From contig VYCT01000135.1 in the NCBI GenBank assembly GCA_009843785.1, positions 1-59,321 of the forward strand: a stretch of 59,321 nucleotides of DNA, given 5' to 3'. The DNA is from Candidatus Poribacteria bacterium (lineage in GTDB: Bacteria; Poribacteria; WGA-4E; WGA-3G). Under the pieces are notes generated by a model. The model saw only the letters and a program-made list of their open reading frames with translations, searched no databases and was not told the DNA's origin. Of this stretch, positions 21,701-31,302 are shown in pieces. The number at the start of each line of letters is the position of its first letter. The stretch's first letter is position 1. Made by a program: the position numbers and the translations under genes.

Positions 21701-21956
21701 CACTTACCGAGCTCTGATTGCTAAGCCTATCGTATTGTTCTGTCGTTTCGGCTACGATTTCTGTATCAATACGGTACTCGATTTTGTCTATGCGCGTCGT
21801 CCCAAATCCGTGGGGCATCGCGAATTTTTCTGCACTTATATCCCCTGACGTTTCCGTGGGTGCGTTCGCACCTACAGATTGGACAAAAAAACAGCAGAAC
21901 ATCAAGCTAAGACAAATCACGCTCTCTATGAATGTGTTGTAATTTGCAGAGCCCAT
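18798..21956 (-). CDS. Omp85-family outer membrane protein (BamA/TamA-like, multiple POTRA domains)
   Basis: Signal peptide, POTRA-like repeats, FWAGGSTTVRGY motif, FFDAGNVW, C-terminal Phe. Confidence 0.88.
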   Translation of the reverse strand: MGSANYNTFIESVICLSLMFCCFFVQSVGANAPTETSGDISAEKFAMPHGFGTTRIDKIEYRIDTEIVAETTEQYDRLSNQSSVSVEDRLSPYAIQQSIKRLYATQQYSQIHVYAQEHRNGVALTYQLTSFDLITAVVITGIPPSQFRSAIENAVKSKPGARYVPAIAKSDIIYIKRICRDHGYFDAQVTVADVLTEDGVLTYQITPGAPSTIKRLQIQGNFAISTNSLKGACGFSIRYPVYNKVNVDTDVAAMEALYRKNNYPTATIVPTFTPETGLLQFDIKEGKQVKFNFLLGTGEFSLSQQDTFTADIAEVISTGASSLWEGRIKTYFEDEGYHGTTVQEKTSDAASVQLTINPGTRYKVRSVSFSGNRAFPDADLLREMTVKPTVGFLGSLRLSNLIARFLSRREQKRFFYEDDLEKDEHRLRILYERAGYRNAVIEITDEKQPVNGRNIGEVAIHVSVVEDRKEMIHRCTISGNRAIDTATLLKALESELQLPQPNAVFERTVYQDAVRNAYRERGYIDVQVDDTYISETPVFEVEGNFSESLSEGNLSLEIRDEFKKHNLTLTGLSIAPNISTRWSIQDIEGNPRYTLKQEATHLEVFEHGILNLTVETEGERVTFGKFYFEGDTDIVKTHVLKREVAHLEGELWTSDRLSRALQNLSSLGIFGRVQAEPGEPKKREENDGVKTPDGETPHVIPRTYDVKVTVEKQQPRTYSYGGGYSFAEGWNGTLELTNSNFLFKRNIRGRFLSRLGWRDELGYLVDARLTEPWLIGRTRGTLRLSAKKLEIDDNVRALQGSFILSRKLGGSHHLDLRYSYRDLNQPVPPIGQGAPPELRLPEEQNPFSTTVSSLRFSWTYDRRMRYLNPIGGMFNEMTLEYAGGFLQGETSFIKTTTDTRYYQKLIGSLVLATAVRCGVTTGLRSNRRAELISFERFWAGGSTTVRGYAERSLGPKGITGIYRGDVQFIFNTELRFPIYSVVRGAFFFDAGNVWGSLADIERSLTRLPSAVGAGLYLDFGAFTFGLDYAFPLVSVPSSPDTRRGHVRLGSTF

Positions 21957-24900
21957 TAAAAACGCCCCTTTATCTCAAAACCGACCCCATACTCGCCTTT
22001 TTCGTTGTTCTCAATTTTAATGGACATGTTTTTTCTGAGTTGATATTCTGCGCTGACAGACCGTGCGTCTTCATCATGCGGACGGTGAAAATTAAACGTG
22101 AAGCCCCAGAAGGCACGCGAAAATGCAGCGTTGCGGATCAGAAACGTCATAATCTCCTCATGCGAGAGGTTTTCAGGCGCGTTCGGTGCGCTCAGAACAA
22201 ACGCTGGGTTTGTTAAGGTGCCAGTCAGACTCGCGTTAATCTCAAGGTCAACGGTGCTTTGATCTCTCGGCAGGACACCGCGAATACGATCCGGGGTTCG
22301 GAGAAAGATGTTGAGTTCTGGATCAAACTCGCTGGTACTTCCGTTGGTAATTCTTGAGCCTTGAATAAATTCAAAAGTCTGTGGAACAAGTCCAATTCTA
22401 CCACTCAGCACCGAAACAGTTCCATTGAAAACCGGGTTTTGAATCGGACCGATGAGTTTACCGCCGGAACTCGAAATTTCAATGTCTGTCGGGCCCGTGA
22501 TAGATGAGCGCACGTGAAAATTATCGGGGATATCAATATCAACATTTAAACGTAAATCGCGAAGAATGGGGTAATCTAATATAACATCTACCTCGCTGAC
22601 GGAAGTCCTCGCGAACCAATCGACAACTGCCTCCCAGTTTTGTTTATAATACCCTTGACTGATATTCAGATTGCCTGTTAGAGACGGATCCTCAAATCCG
22701 CCGCGTAGGTGTAATTGCGTCGGATTAGAACCGAGTTGAATTTGATACTTTCCGGGCTGTTCAAAAAGCGCGGATGAGATGCTGGTCTGCAAATCCATCG
22801 TCGGCGGGTTTTCCCATACACGTCCATCGGGGGGTGCCGTGACGCTGCCGGTCATCAAAAAAGCACCATCGTTCAACACACCCTCAAGTCGCTCAACGGT
22901 CGCGCCTTGCTCTGATAACGCAATTCTGCCTGTTGTCTCTTTAACATGAATGCCGGCTTCAGGAAGTTCAAACCCTATATCGTCGAAACGCACAGCACCT
23001 TCGACTTGTGGCGTTTCCATCGTCCCATTGAGTACGACATAGACTTGACCCGTCCCTGTCGGAGCTTCCAGACCCGGGACTAAGTAGCGTAGGATGTCAA
23101 GATCATCGACTGTGATATCCAAGATACCGTCCATCTCTGTCTGGACGAGTTCGTGCCAAACCGTTTCTGGAGACCGTTGCAGCGCCATTAAAAACGGCGT
23201 TATCTCAAGGTGATAAGGCATCGTCCACGAAAAAGTAAGGAGATTGCCACCGAACGTCGCTTCAACATACCGTTTTTTTGAGATTTCCCATTGCCCGTTC
23301 TGATACCGAATTCGCCAGCGCAGGTCGATAGGGATGTCATGCAGGTAGAGTTCCGCGGGAGCAGATTTGTGTCGTCGCAAAGTTATCTTCGGATTTTCAC
23401 TGGTGCCACTCATCTGTAAACTTCCCGACAACGCCCCCTTAACTCGGTAGGGCGCGGGCCAAGTATTGGTTAACGCTTCGACATTGAAATTATTAAACCG
23501 CAGTGCCGCGTCAAATTCGCCATTAACTGACCATTGACTTTCAGCATCAATGCTGAGTGTTGTCTTTGCGTCTTCAACTGTGTGGACGTTGCCGATGACA
23601 TCTTCTGGCTTCTCATCTTCAGCGGTAAACGTCTGCTTGACCGGAAAGATATACTGATTTTCAAGGGTAAACGCTTTCGGTAAAGTGATTGTGCCCGCGT
23701 TCAGCAGTATCTGAATAGGACTCGGTTCTTGGAAGTCATAGGGCTGATCGAGTGCCTTAAAGGCGAGACGGACACTGTTAATGGATAGTTCGGCGTTTGC
23801 GACTGCCACAATATCCGCGAGTGAAGGGACCTGTTGTATCTGTGGAAATGGTATCCTTTCGCCTTTCGTCAGAAAACTACCGAAAGGAATTGTTAATTCA
23901 TTGAGCGTCGTACTCAGATGCCCCTCAACTTCTTCCAACACTTCTGGTGGCAGGGCATGCTGAACCGTTGAACCGAGCGGGAATAGTTCAAACTTCAATC
24001 CTTTTAGCGTGAAATTTTTAGGCGTTAATCCATCTAATGCCAATTGCCCCTGCTGAAGCCTACAGTAACCTGTCCCTATATCAAAGTCGAGTTCTTTAAG
24101 ATCCATCGCATCTTCGCGAGCGTCAAGTTTCACCTTCACGTTCCGAATCGGTTCGTGGAAATTCTTTAAATACAGCTGCAACGCCTCAAGCGATACAGTC
24201 CCCGTTATGTGAGGATCGCGGCTTGTGCCTTGTAGGGCTAAATCTATGTCAACAATGCCGTCTCCCTCTGGAAAGAGGAGCTCACTGCCGGGGAAAAAGT
24301 CAAGCGGTAGTTCCGTACCCTGAAAACGCACATCAATCTTTTCATCCGGAAACCGATCCGATAGGTCTATCCCTGCGAATGCCAAATTGAACGGAATGAA
24401 ACCCGTAAGGGTTGACACACCCGCACGGTTCTTTATCTCAATCCCGACGAGTGTTATGCGTTCATCACGGTATTCGACTTTTCCGTTCCATTCCATCTCG
24501 CTGATGTCGCCGTGCCATTGTGTTGTAATCTCCGGTGCCTCAAGAGTTCCTGTGATATTAACATTTGCCGTTGTCACCATTTCAGGCGATTTCAGTGCTA
24601 AGGGGAGATGTACCGTAAGGTTCCCTCGTTCAGATTGGAATTGGAGCGGCGTTATGTTGGTACAATTAATACCATATCCCTGAAAATTCAACGCACTCAC
24701 TTCACCGATTATTGAGACTTCGTTTGGCTGCAGGCTCCCTTTACCGCTGAGTTTCGCATGCCCAGAAACAGTGCCGCGGAAAGGTGGGACTTGTCCTGAC
24801 AACACGGTGGCAACGTCAGCAATCCCCAGTTCGGATACTGACACGTCCATCGCAAACTGATGTGCCGCTGCGTCTTGCGTTGAGAACGCGGCATCTCCTT

Positions 24901-27900
24901 GGAGCGTGTAGCTGCCGTCACCGATCCGTCCGGCTGCCGCTACCGATTGGACATGTAGCACATCTGAATTAAGAGTAGCCGTCGCATGCAGATTTTCCAA
25001 CGTGATCGGGTCTACATTAGCCATGAGGCGAATCGGTTGCTGCGTTTCCGTTCGCGCAGTTACAGCCATAACGGTTTCAGCGAGAGTGCCACTGATGTCT
25101 ATTGAAGCCACTAACACGCCGCCTGTGAGAGCCTCACGTTTAATGCGATTTGCCGAAGCTTTCGCTATTAAGTCGCTAAACGTTGTGACTTCCAATTCAC
25201 GGGCGTTGACGCTGAGTTTTAGCTGCGAATTGTTTATATCTTTAGGGAGAACATTTATCACGCCGCCTATATCTACGGGATTTCCCAAAAGTTTCAAAAC
25301 GGTGTTCTCAAAGCGCATTAAGTCGTCTCGGTATACGATCGCACCGCCTGCATCACTGATGCGAATATCACCCACCTCTGTTTTTAAATCCAATGTCGGA
25401 ATTTCCCAATCCAACGCGATTTCCGGTTGTTCAGACGTGCCGGTTACTGTTGAGGTGTAACGACCGCTCCCAGCTTTTAGCATAGCCGACGGAAGTCCTA
25501 ACGCTGCGCCAAAGGGTGCCAGTACGAAGCCATCAGATTTCGCTTCAAAATCCATCACCTCGCCCTTTGCGTTATAGGTCCCTGTCAGTTCCATAAAAGG
25601 GGATGCGTCTTCTAATGTCCTTAGAGAAAGTGCATCAATCGTCCATTTGTCATCTTTGAGGAACAATCGGATTTGACCGGCATTTGTAAATGGGGTCTTG
25701 TGTCCTTTTGGATTTTCATAGTAAAGTTGGCTGGTGTCAATTTTGATGTCAACGTCGTAAGGGTAAACCCGCTGATCGCTATTTTCCTCATCCGTTGGTG
25801 CAAGGGCTGCGACTGTTCCTCTGATTTCGGCGCGGCCATTAGCAGTCCCCGCGACCGCCTCAAGTGCGGGATGCAAGATACGCAGAATCGGTTTAACTTC
25901 GAGTGCCTCACTCTTGACCTCGAATTCATAAGAATTATCAGGGTCCATACTCACATACCCCTGAATCTGACCGTTAAACCCACTGCCCGTAAAATCAAAA
26001 CGGTCCGGTTCACCCGTAATATCTTTGAGTTCTACGAGTGTGCCGTGCAGGGAAGCGTCACCAAGGGGGTGCTGAGTCTCACCGCCGTTGTCTAAGAAGG
26101 TTATGTCCGAGAAATCCAGTTCAACCTGAAAGTCAGCACTTTCCGGTTTTTTTAGCCTGCCGACGACCCGAACATCAAATTGCCCGCCAAAAGGGAAATC
26201 GGGGATGTTTGCAGCGCTTGCAAGTGCTTGGAAATTCACAGGTGCATCGCTTTCAAGCAACAGATCGTAATCGGCATTCGAGGCTACTGAAACAGTGAGC
26301 GTAACTTTCTGACCGCGGGTGGTGATCTCAAAGTTGGGAAGATCGATGTGGTAATCCTCAATGCGTAACGGCAGCGTTAGCGGATCCAAATGGATACCCC
26401 ACGCCACGCCTTCGGTGACACTGAAATCCGCACTGCCATCAAGGTTCTTGAGCGTTCCATCTAATTTGAGCTCACCGCTAACTTCACCCTCTACCGGATA
26501 ATCCGCACCTAACAATACCCTCGGATAGTGTTGCGCATAAACGGGGGCTGCGACGATGCTAAATTCCGCTGGGAAATCGCCTTCAACATCTACAACACCC
26601 CTAATTGTGGTCCGGCTCTGATATGGTGTCACTATGTCGTCTTTTTTCGTGTTTTTGGTGAGCAGCCCGTTTTCGATGAATACTTGTCCGTCTTGATAAT
26701 CAAGGTTACCTACCAAAGTGCCGATCGGGATGTCATTGAAACTCGCGTTCGGGATTTTCATAGCACCCGCCAAGGTGCCATCCAATGACAACTTCGCGGT
26801 GTATTCTCCTGTTCCACCGAGATCTGCACTGTCAACAATTTTCATCAAATCGTCAAAGTTGATACCTGACATCCGGAGGTCCAAAGTCTCTTGCTCCGCT
26901 AACGGGAAGGGACCCGTGATATCAATCTCGGTTTCATCGAGGTTGCCATCGACTTTCACTTCACCCGCATCAATCGTGCAACTCAGCGTTGAATCCGCAA
27001 GTGCTACCGTATTGAGGACAGTCTCAGTTACTTCTATTTCGCTATTGAGATTGAGTGTTGAGGGGTCTGTGCTACTTCCGTTGAATGTAGCGTTTCCTGA
27101 GAGGTACCCGGTGCTGCCTACAAGGAATTCGGGGAGTTGAACAAACATCGACAGCAGCGGTATGAGTTGGACATCCGTTGCCTCCCACTGTCCTGTATAG
27201 GCAAGCGGGTGCGTTGTCAGTTGCCGAAGCTGCGCGATAACATCACCCTCCGGGCGGTTTGGGAGTCCGATATTTCCACTACCGGTCAAGGTGCCGTCAG
27301 CGATCTGTGCGTTAAAGGTTTTTAGCGTGAGGGTTGGGGTCGGGTGTAAATTGAAATCGGCATCAATTTTTAGGTCTGTCAGTGCAATTTGTCTACCGTG
27401 TTCAGCTTGTGTCACAGAAAGCGTTGGGGTTTCTACAGAAAGTGTAGCGGCGAAGCTGGAATCGAGGTTCCCGTTTGCCGTTATCCTACCTTTTACAATA
27501 CTTTCAAGTTCGGTGCCTTTGCCGAAAAACTGTTCAACATCTGCCAAATCCAATCGCTGTAAATCGAGGTCAATTGACCAATAATTACCGGTTGATCTAT
27601 ACGGAAATTGTCCGAAAGCTACCACTCTTGAGTTGCCAAAGTCTAACCGGAATATATCAAATTTGCTACGCGTCGCTAAAATCTCAAAATCAACTTCAAA
27701 CCTATCAATCGGTGTTTCGGAGCCGTTGAACTTAAAACTGCCAGCCTCGATGCTTAAATCGCCGCTGTGATTCCAGGCATCAAGCGGACCGTTCAGCGTA
27801 AGCGTGATGCCTTGAACACTTATCTCAAGGTCTCTTTGTATATCCGTGTAGTGAATTTTCCCGCGACCCAGTTCAACCTTTCCAATGGCGAAGCCGAATT

Positions 27901-28336
27901 GTGGAGCGTCGGCACTTGATGAATCCTCTCCACTTGAGGCATCCTCTCGCAAAATATTCGACAGATTGAGGGTGCCATCGGGGTCGTGTTTCACATGGAT
28001 TTCCGGCTCAACCACCTTCAGTTCCTTAACCTCGAATTTGCGTGTAAGCAGCCCCAGCCAATTGTATTTGAGTACAACGCTCGTTGTGGAAATTACCGGT
28101 TCGCTGTCTTTGGATATTTTAACGCCACGAATGGTGACATTCCCGAAGATACTGCCTTTTATGTCGTCAATATCTGCCGTGTACCCATTCGCTATCTGAT
28201 TTTCCAGTTCTGACGCAAGCCGTGTTTCTACCCAATTCAGGAAAGTCTCTGAACGAAGAAAGAAAAAAGTCCCGCAGAGTACAAGGATAATAAATATTCC
28301 AAAAAAAATAGATATTCTTTGTATCTTTTTTCGCAT
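21956..28336 (-). CDS. TamB/AsmA-like translocation and assembly module protein
   Basis: N-terminal TM anchor, long beta-rich repeats, C-terminal DUF490-like region ending in Phe; adjacent to an Omp85 gene; likely start MRKKIQ. Confidence 0.8.
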   Translation of the reverse strand: MRKKIQRISIFFGIFIILVLCGTFFFLRSETFLNWVETRLASELENQIANGYTADIDDIKGSIFGNVTIRGVKISKDSEPVISTTSVVLKYNWLGLLTRKFEVKELKVVEPEIHVKHDPDGTLNLSNILREDASSGEDSSSADAPQFGFAIGKVELGRGKIHYTDIQRDLEISVQGITLTLNGPLDAWNHSGDLSIEAGSFKFNGSETPIDRFEVDFEILATRSKFDIFRLDFGNSRVVAFGQFPYRSTGNYWSIDLDLQRLDLADVEQFFGKGTELESIVKGRITANGNLDSSFAATLSVETPTLSVTQAEHGRQIALTDLKIDADFNLHPTPTLTLKTFNAQIADGTLTGSGNIGLPNRPEGDVIAQLRQLTTHPLAYTGQWEATDVQLIPLLSMFVQLPEFLVGSTGYLSGNATFNGSSTDPSTLNLNSEIEVTETVLNTVALADSTLSCTIDAGEVKVDGNLDETEIDITGPFPLAEQETLDLRMSGINFDDLMKIVDSADLGGTGEYTAKLSLDGTLAGAMKIPNASFNDIPIGTLVGNLDYQDGQVFIENGLLTKNTKKDDIVTPYQSRTTIRGVVDVEGDFPAEFSIVAAPVYAQHYPRVLLGADYPVEGEVSGELKLDGTLKNLDGSADFSVTEGVAWGIHLDPLTLPLRIEDYHIDLPNFEITTRGQKVTLTVSVASNADYDLLLESDAPVNFQALASAANIPDFPFGGQFDVRVVGRLKKPESADFQVELDFSDITFLDNGGETQHPLGDASLHGTLVELKDITGEPDRFDFTGSGFNGQIQGYVSMDPDNSYEFEVKSEALEVKPILRILHPALEAVAGTANGRAEIRGTVAALAPTDEENSDQRVYPYDVDIKIDTSQLYYENPKGHKTPFTNAGQIRLFLKDDKWTIDALSLRTLEDASPFMELTGTYNAKGEVMDFEAKSDGFVLAPFGAALGLPSAMLKAGSGRYTSTVTGTSEQPEIALDWEIPTLDLKTEVGDIRISDAGGAIVYRDDLMRFENTVLKLLGNPVDIGGVINVLPKDINNSQLKLSVNARELEVTTFSDLIAKASANRIKREALTGGVLVASIDISGTLAETVMAVTARTETQQPIRLMANVDPITLENLHATATLNSDVLHVQSVAAAGRIGDGSYTLQGDAAFSTQDAAAHQFAMDVSVSELGIADVATVLSGQVPPFRGTVSGHAKLSGKGSLQPNEVSIIGEVSALNFQGYGINCTNITPLQFQSERGNLTVHLPLALKSPEMVTTANVNITGTLEAPEITTQWHGDISEMEWNGKVEYRDERITLVGIEIKNRAGVSTLTGFIPFNLAFAGIDLSDRFPDEKIDVRFQGTELPLDFFPGSELLFPEGDGIVDIDLALQGTSRDPHITGTVSLEALQLYLKNFHEPIRNVKVKLDAREDAMDLKELDFDIGTGYCRLQQGQLALDGLTPKNFTLKGLKFELFPLGSTVQHALPPEVLEEVEGHLSTTLNELTIPFGSFLTKGERIPFPQIQQVPSLADIVAVANAELSINSVRLAFKALDQPYDFQEPSPIQILLNAGTITLPKAFTLENQYIFPVKQTFTAEDEKPEDVIGNVHTVEDAKTTLSIDAESQWSVNGEFDAALRFNNFNVEALTNTWPAPYRVKGALSGSLQMSGTSENPKITLRRHKSAPAELYLHDIPIDLRWRIRYQNGQWEISKKRYVEATFGGNLLTFSWTMPYHLEITPFLMALQRSPETVWHELVQTEMDGILDITVDDLDILRYLVPGLEAPTGTGQVYVVLNGTMETPQVEGAVRFDDIGFELPEAGIHVKETTGRIALSEQGATVERLEGVLNDGAFLMTGSVTAPPDGRVWENPPTMDLQTSISSALFEQPGKYQIQLGSNPTQLHLRGGFEDPSLTGNLNISQGYYKQNWEAVVDWFARTSVSEVDVILDYPILRDLRLNVDIDIPDNFHVRSSITGPTDIEISSSGGKLIGPIQNPVFNGTVSVLSGRIGLVPQTFEFIQGSRITNGSTSEFDPELNIFLRTPDRIRGVLPRDQSTVDLEINASLTGTLTNPAFVLSAPNAPENLSHEEIMTFLIRNAAFSRAFWGFTFNFHRPHDEDARSVSAEYQLRKNMSIKIENNEKGEYGVGFEIKGRF

Positions 28337-28359
28337 GTCTGTTTTCCTATAAGATCGCC

Positions 28360-29337
28360 TCAAGTTTCAAAGGCTTCATGCGCTTCCGCGACGACCTCGG
28401 CAGTCGTTTGCTGGGGTTGAACGCCCTTTTCGGGTGCGCGCGCTTGCGTATCGGGTTCAATCGTGAGCCAAAGCAGATACTCAATATTTCCGATGTCTTT
28501 GTGGATCGGTGAATAGGTCAACCCTCTCACCGTAGCACCAAGTTTATCCGTAACAAAACCACTGAGATTCTCTATTGTCTGGATATGCACCTGTTTGTCA
28601 GCCACAATCCCGCCCTTTTTCACATGAACTTTTCCGGCTTCAAACTGCGGCTTGAGCAGGGCAATAATATTATAGTTGTTGGTTGTCAGTTGTCGGTTAT
28701 CGGTTAAAGAGGACTCTGATTCAGTCAATCCACCTCTTAACTGACAACCGAAAGGTTTTTCGCAGAAAAACCGAACCGATGACTGATAACCATTTTGCTG
28801 TTTCAGAATTTTGATGACACTCGGTAGTACCGTCCGCAGAGAAATAAAAGAGACATCAATCGCAGCGATGGAGATAAAATCATCGCTATTGTGTAGGGGC
28901 GCGGTCACCTCGCCCCTATTTAAAAGTGTTGGGGTTAAATATCGGATATTCGTTTTTTCAATCGACTGAACCTGTGGATGCGTCCGGAGTTTCCAAGCGA
29001 GTTGCCCGTAGCCGACATCAACAGCGTAGACGAATTTTGCGCCGTGCTGGAGGAGGCAGTCTGTGAATCCACCTGTTGACGCGCCTACGTCAAGCGCAAC
29101 CCTATCTTCCACATCTACATCAAAGAGAGATAACGCCTTCTCCAACTTAAACCCACCGCGACTGACATATCTCTGTGGCTCCTGAACAACGATCTTCGCA
29201 TCAGCAGAAACACGCTGCCCAGGCTTAATGCGGGTGTTTCCGTTAACGGTTACAGCACCGGCAAGGATAAGTCGTTTCGCCTGTTCTCGGCTCTCCGCTA
29301 AGCCGTGTTCTACGAGAAATGTATCTATTCGTTGCAT
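28360..29337 (-). CDS. tlyA: TlyA family rRNA methyltransferase, with two in-frame repeat insertions
   Basis: YVSRGGFKL, LDVGASTGGFTD, AVDVGYGQL, DVSFISL, KPQFE, GNIEYL. Confidence 0.92.
   Translation of the reverse strand: MQRIDTFLVEHGLAESREQAKRLILAGAVTVNGNTRIKPGQRVSADAKIVVQEPQRYVSRGGFKLEKALSLFDVDVEDRVALDVGASTGGFTDCLLQHGAKFVYAVDVGYGQLAWKLRTHPQVQSIEKTNIRYLTPTLLNRGEVTAPLHNSDDFISIAAIDVSFISLRTVLPSVIKILKQQNGYQSSVRFFCEKPFGCQLRGGLTESESSLTDNRQLTTNNYNIIALLKPQFEAGKVHVKKGGIVADKQVHIQTIENLSGFVTDKLGATVRGLTYSPIHKDIGNIEYLLWLTIEPDTQARAPEKGVQPQQTTAEVVAEAHEAFET
28676..28792. repeat. Family A repeat inserted in frame in tlyA
   Basis: GTTGTCA GTTGTCG GTTATCG GTTAAAGAGG ... CCTCTTAAC TGACAAC CGAAAGG...; encodes about 40 extra aa between ILK and IIALLKPQFE. 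Confidence 0.85.
28893..28919. repeat. GTAG REP-like palindrome inside tlyA
   Basis: GTAGGGGCGCGGTCACCTCGCCCCTAT; close relative at 29413-29439. Confidence 0.75.
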
Positions 29338-29347
29338 TTTTTTGTCC

Positions 29348-29439
29348 GTAGGGGTTGGGAATGTAATACAAGGAATGGATTCAGTCTATTCGCAGACTGA
29401 ATCCCCCAACCCGTAGGGACGAGGCGACCTCGCCCCTAT
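29348..29439. repeat. GTAG REP-like palindromes between dxs and tlyA
   Basis: GTAGGGGTTGGG...CCCAACCC and GTAGGGACGAGGCGACCTCGCCCCTAT; the latter contains the dxs TAG stop. Confidence 0.7.
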
Positions 29440-31289
29440 ACTATCATTTTCTCTGCAGCGCGAACAACAGCGTCGGCATCGCACTCGTAAAGTGCGTGAA
29501 GGTGCTGGACAGCACCATGCTCAATAAATTCGTCGGGAATACCGAGATTGGTAACTTGTACGTTTGCCATACCCGCTGCGGCGAGTGCCTCCAAAACCGC
29601 ACTGCCGAAACCGCCCATTATCACACCGTCTTCAATCGTAATTACTTTGCCGATACGTTCCGCAAGCGGCAGAATCGTTGCAGTATCTAACGGTTTTACA
29701 AATCTCGCGTTGACAACCGCCGTCGAAATTCCGATATTAGTTAATGTTTCTGCGGCTTCAAGTGCCGGATAAACCCGGTTACCAATTGCAATGACAAGCA
29801 CATCTTCACCCGCTCTGAGGATCTCACTTTCACCGATAGGCAATGCCTGGGGTTCCGCTGCGATCTTTACGCCGACTCCAGCCCCTCTCGGATAGCGGAA
29901 CGCAATGGGGCCATCTTCATAGGCGAGCGCAGTTTTTACCATAGATTGTAATTCGTTCTCATCTTTCGGTGCCATGATGACCATGTTCGGGATAGAACGT
30001 AGATATGCGAAATCAAAAACACCGTGATGCGTCGGACCATCTGCCCCGACAAGCCCGCTTCTATCCAACGCAAAGATGACCGGAAGGTTTTGGATGCAGA
30101 CATCGTGTAACACTTGGTCATAACTCCGTTGGAGGAAAGTAGAATAGATAGCCACGACAGGACGCATGCCTTGTGCTGCGAGTCCACCTGCGAACGTAAC
30201 AGCGCACTGCTCTGCCAATCCGATGTCAAAACACCGGCTCGGATACGCGTTCGCAAACTTATCAAGTCCTGTTCCACCCGGCATCGCTGCCGTCACGCCG
30301 ACGACCCGCGCATCGCGCTTCGCTAATTCAACCAGTGTTCGGCTGAAGACCTCTGTGTAGGTTGGGAGCGGCGGTTTCGGTTTGATCGTTTTTCCGGTTT
30401 TCAGGTTAAAAGGACCGCTGACGCTGTAGAACCCGACCGGATCCTCTTCTGCTGGTGCATAGCCGCGTCCCTTTTCGGTTACAACGTGAAGCAAGATAGG
30501 GCCGGACAAACTGCGGATGCCTGTCAACACTGGGATGAGTGCCTCTAAATCGTTGCCATCAAGGGGACCAAAATAACGGAACCCGAACTCCTCAAATAGC
30601 GTCCCTGGTTTCAATGAAGCCTCAATTTTACGCGCGATCTGCTGTGCATCTGCTGGCATTAAGTTCAGCAACTCTTTGACACGGGAGCGGAGGAAGTTAT
30701 ATCGCGGTGAACTCGTGACTTTATGAAAGTGCTTTGAGAACGCCCCGACAGTCGCGGAGATGGACATATTGTTATCATTGAGGATAACGAGCATATCGTT
30801 CTTGAAGTCACCGGCGGTGTTCAACGCTTCAAATGCCATCCCGCCCGTCAAACCGCCATCCCCGATGATAGCGACGACTTTGTAAGTCTCATTAATCAGG
30901 TCGCGGGCAGTCGCGATACCTAACGCAGCAGCGATAGACGTACTCGAATGCCCGGCACCAAAAACGTCATATTCACTCTCGGCTCTGCTGAGAAAACCGC
31001 TGATGCCGTCACTCTGCCTGAGCGTTGGAAACGCATCTCTTCTGCCAGTCAGCAGTTTGTGCGGATACGCCTGATGTCCGATGTCCCAGATGACTTTATC
31101 GCGTGGGGTGTCAAATACTTTATGCAAGGCTATTGCCAATTCAACCGTCCCGAAGTTCGGCGCAAAATGACCCGGATGCTCGGATAAAACGCTGAGTAGA
31201 TAGGCGCGCATCTCCTCCGCCAGGACTTCAAGGTCGCTAATCTCCAATTTTTTTAGATCCGCTGGACTATTAATTTTTTCTAAGAACAT
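29436..31289 (-). CDS. dxs: 1-deoxy-D-xylulose-5-phosphate synthase
   Basis: WDIGHQAYPHK, GAGHSSTSI, IGDGGLTGG, LNDN, YSTFLQR, GADGPTHHG. Confidence 0.97.
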   Translation of the reverse strand: MFLEKINSPADLKKLEISDLEVLAEEMRAYLLSVLSEHPGHFAPNFGTVELAIALHKVFDTPRDKVIWDIGHQAYPHKLLTGRRDAFPTLRQSDGISGFLSRAESEYDVFGAGHSSTSIAAALGIATARDLINETYKVVAIIGDGGLTGGMAFEALNTAGDFKNDMLVILNDNNMSISATVGAFSKHFHKVTSSPRYNFLRSRVKELLNLMPADAQQIARKIEASLKPGTLFEEFGFRYFGPLDGNDLEALIPVLTGIRSLSGPILLHVVTEKGRGYAPAEEDPVGFYSVSGPFNLKTGKTIKPKPPLPTYTEVFSRTLVELAKRDARVVGVTAAMPGGTGLDKFANAYPSRCFDIGLAEQCAVTFAGGLAAQGMRPVVAIYSTFLQRSYDQVLHDVCIQNLPVIFALDRSGLVGADGPTHHGVFDFAYLRSIPNMVIMAPKDENELQSMVKTALAYEDGPIAFRYPRGAGVGVKIAAEPQALPIGESEILRAGEDVLVIAIGNRVYPALEAAETLTNIGISTAVVNARFVKPLDTATILPLAERIGKVITIEDGVIMGGFGSAVLEALAAAGMANVQVTNLGIPDEFIEHGAVQHLHALYECDADAVVRAAEKMIV

Positions 31290-31302
31290 GTTTTTTTATC
31301 AT

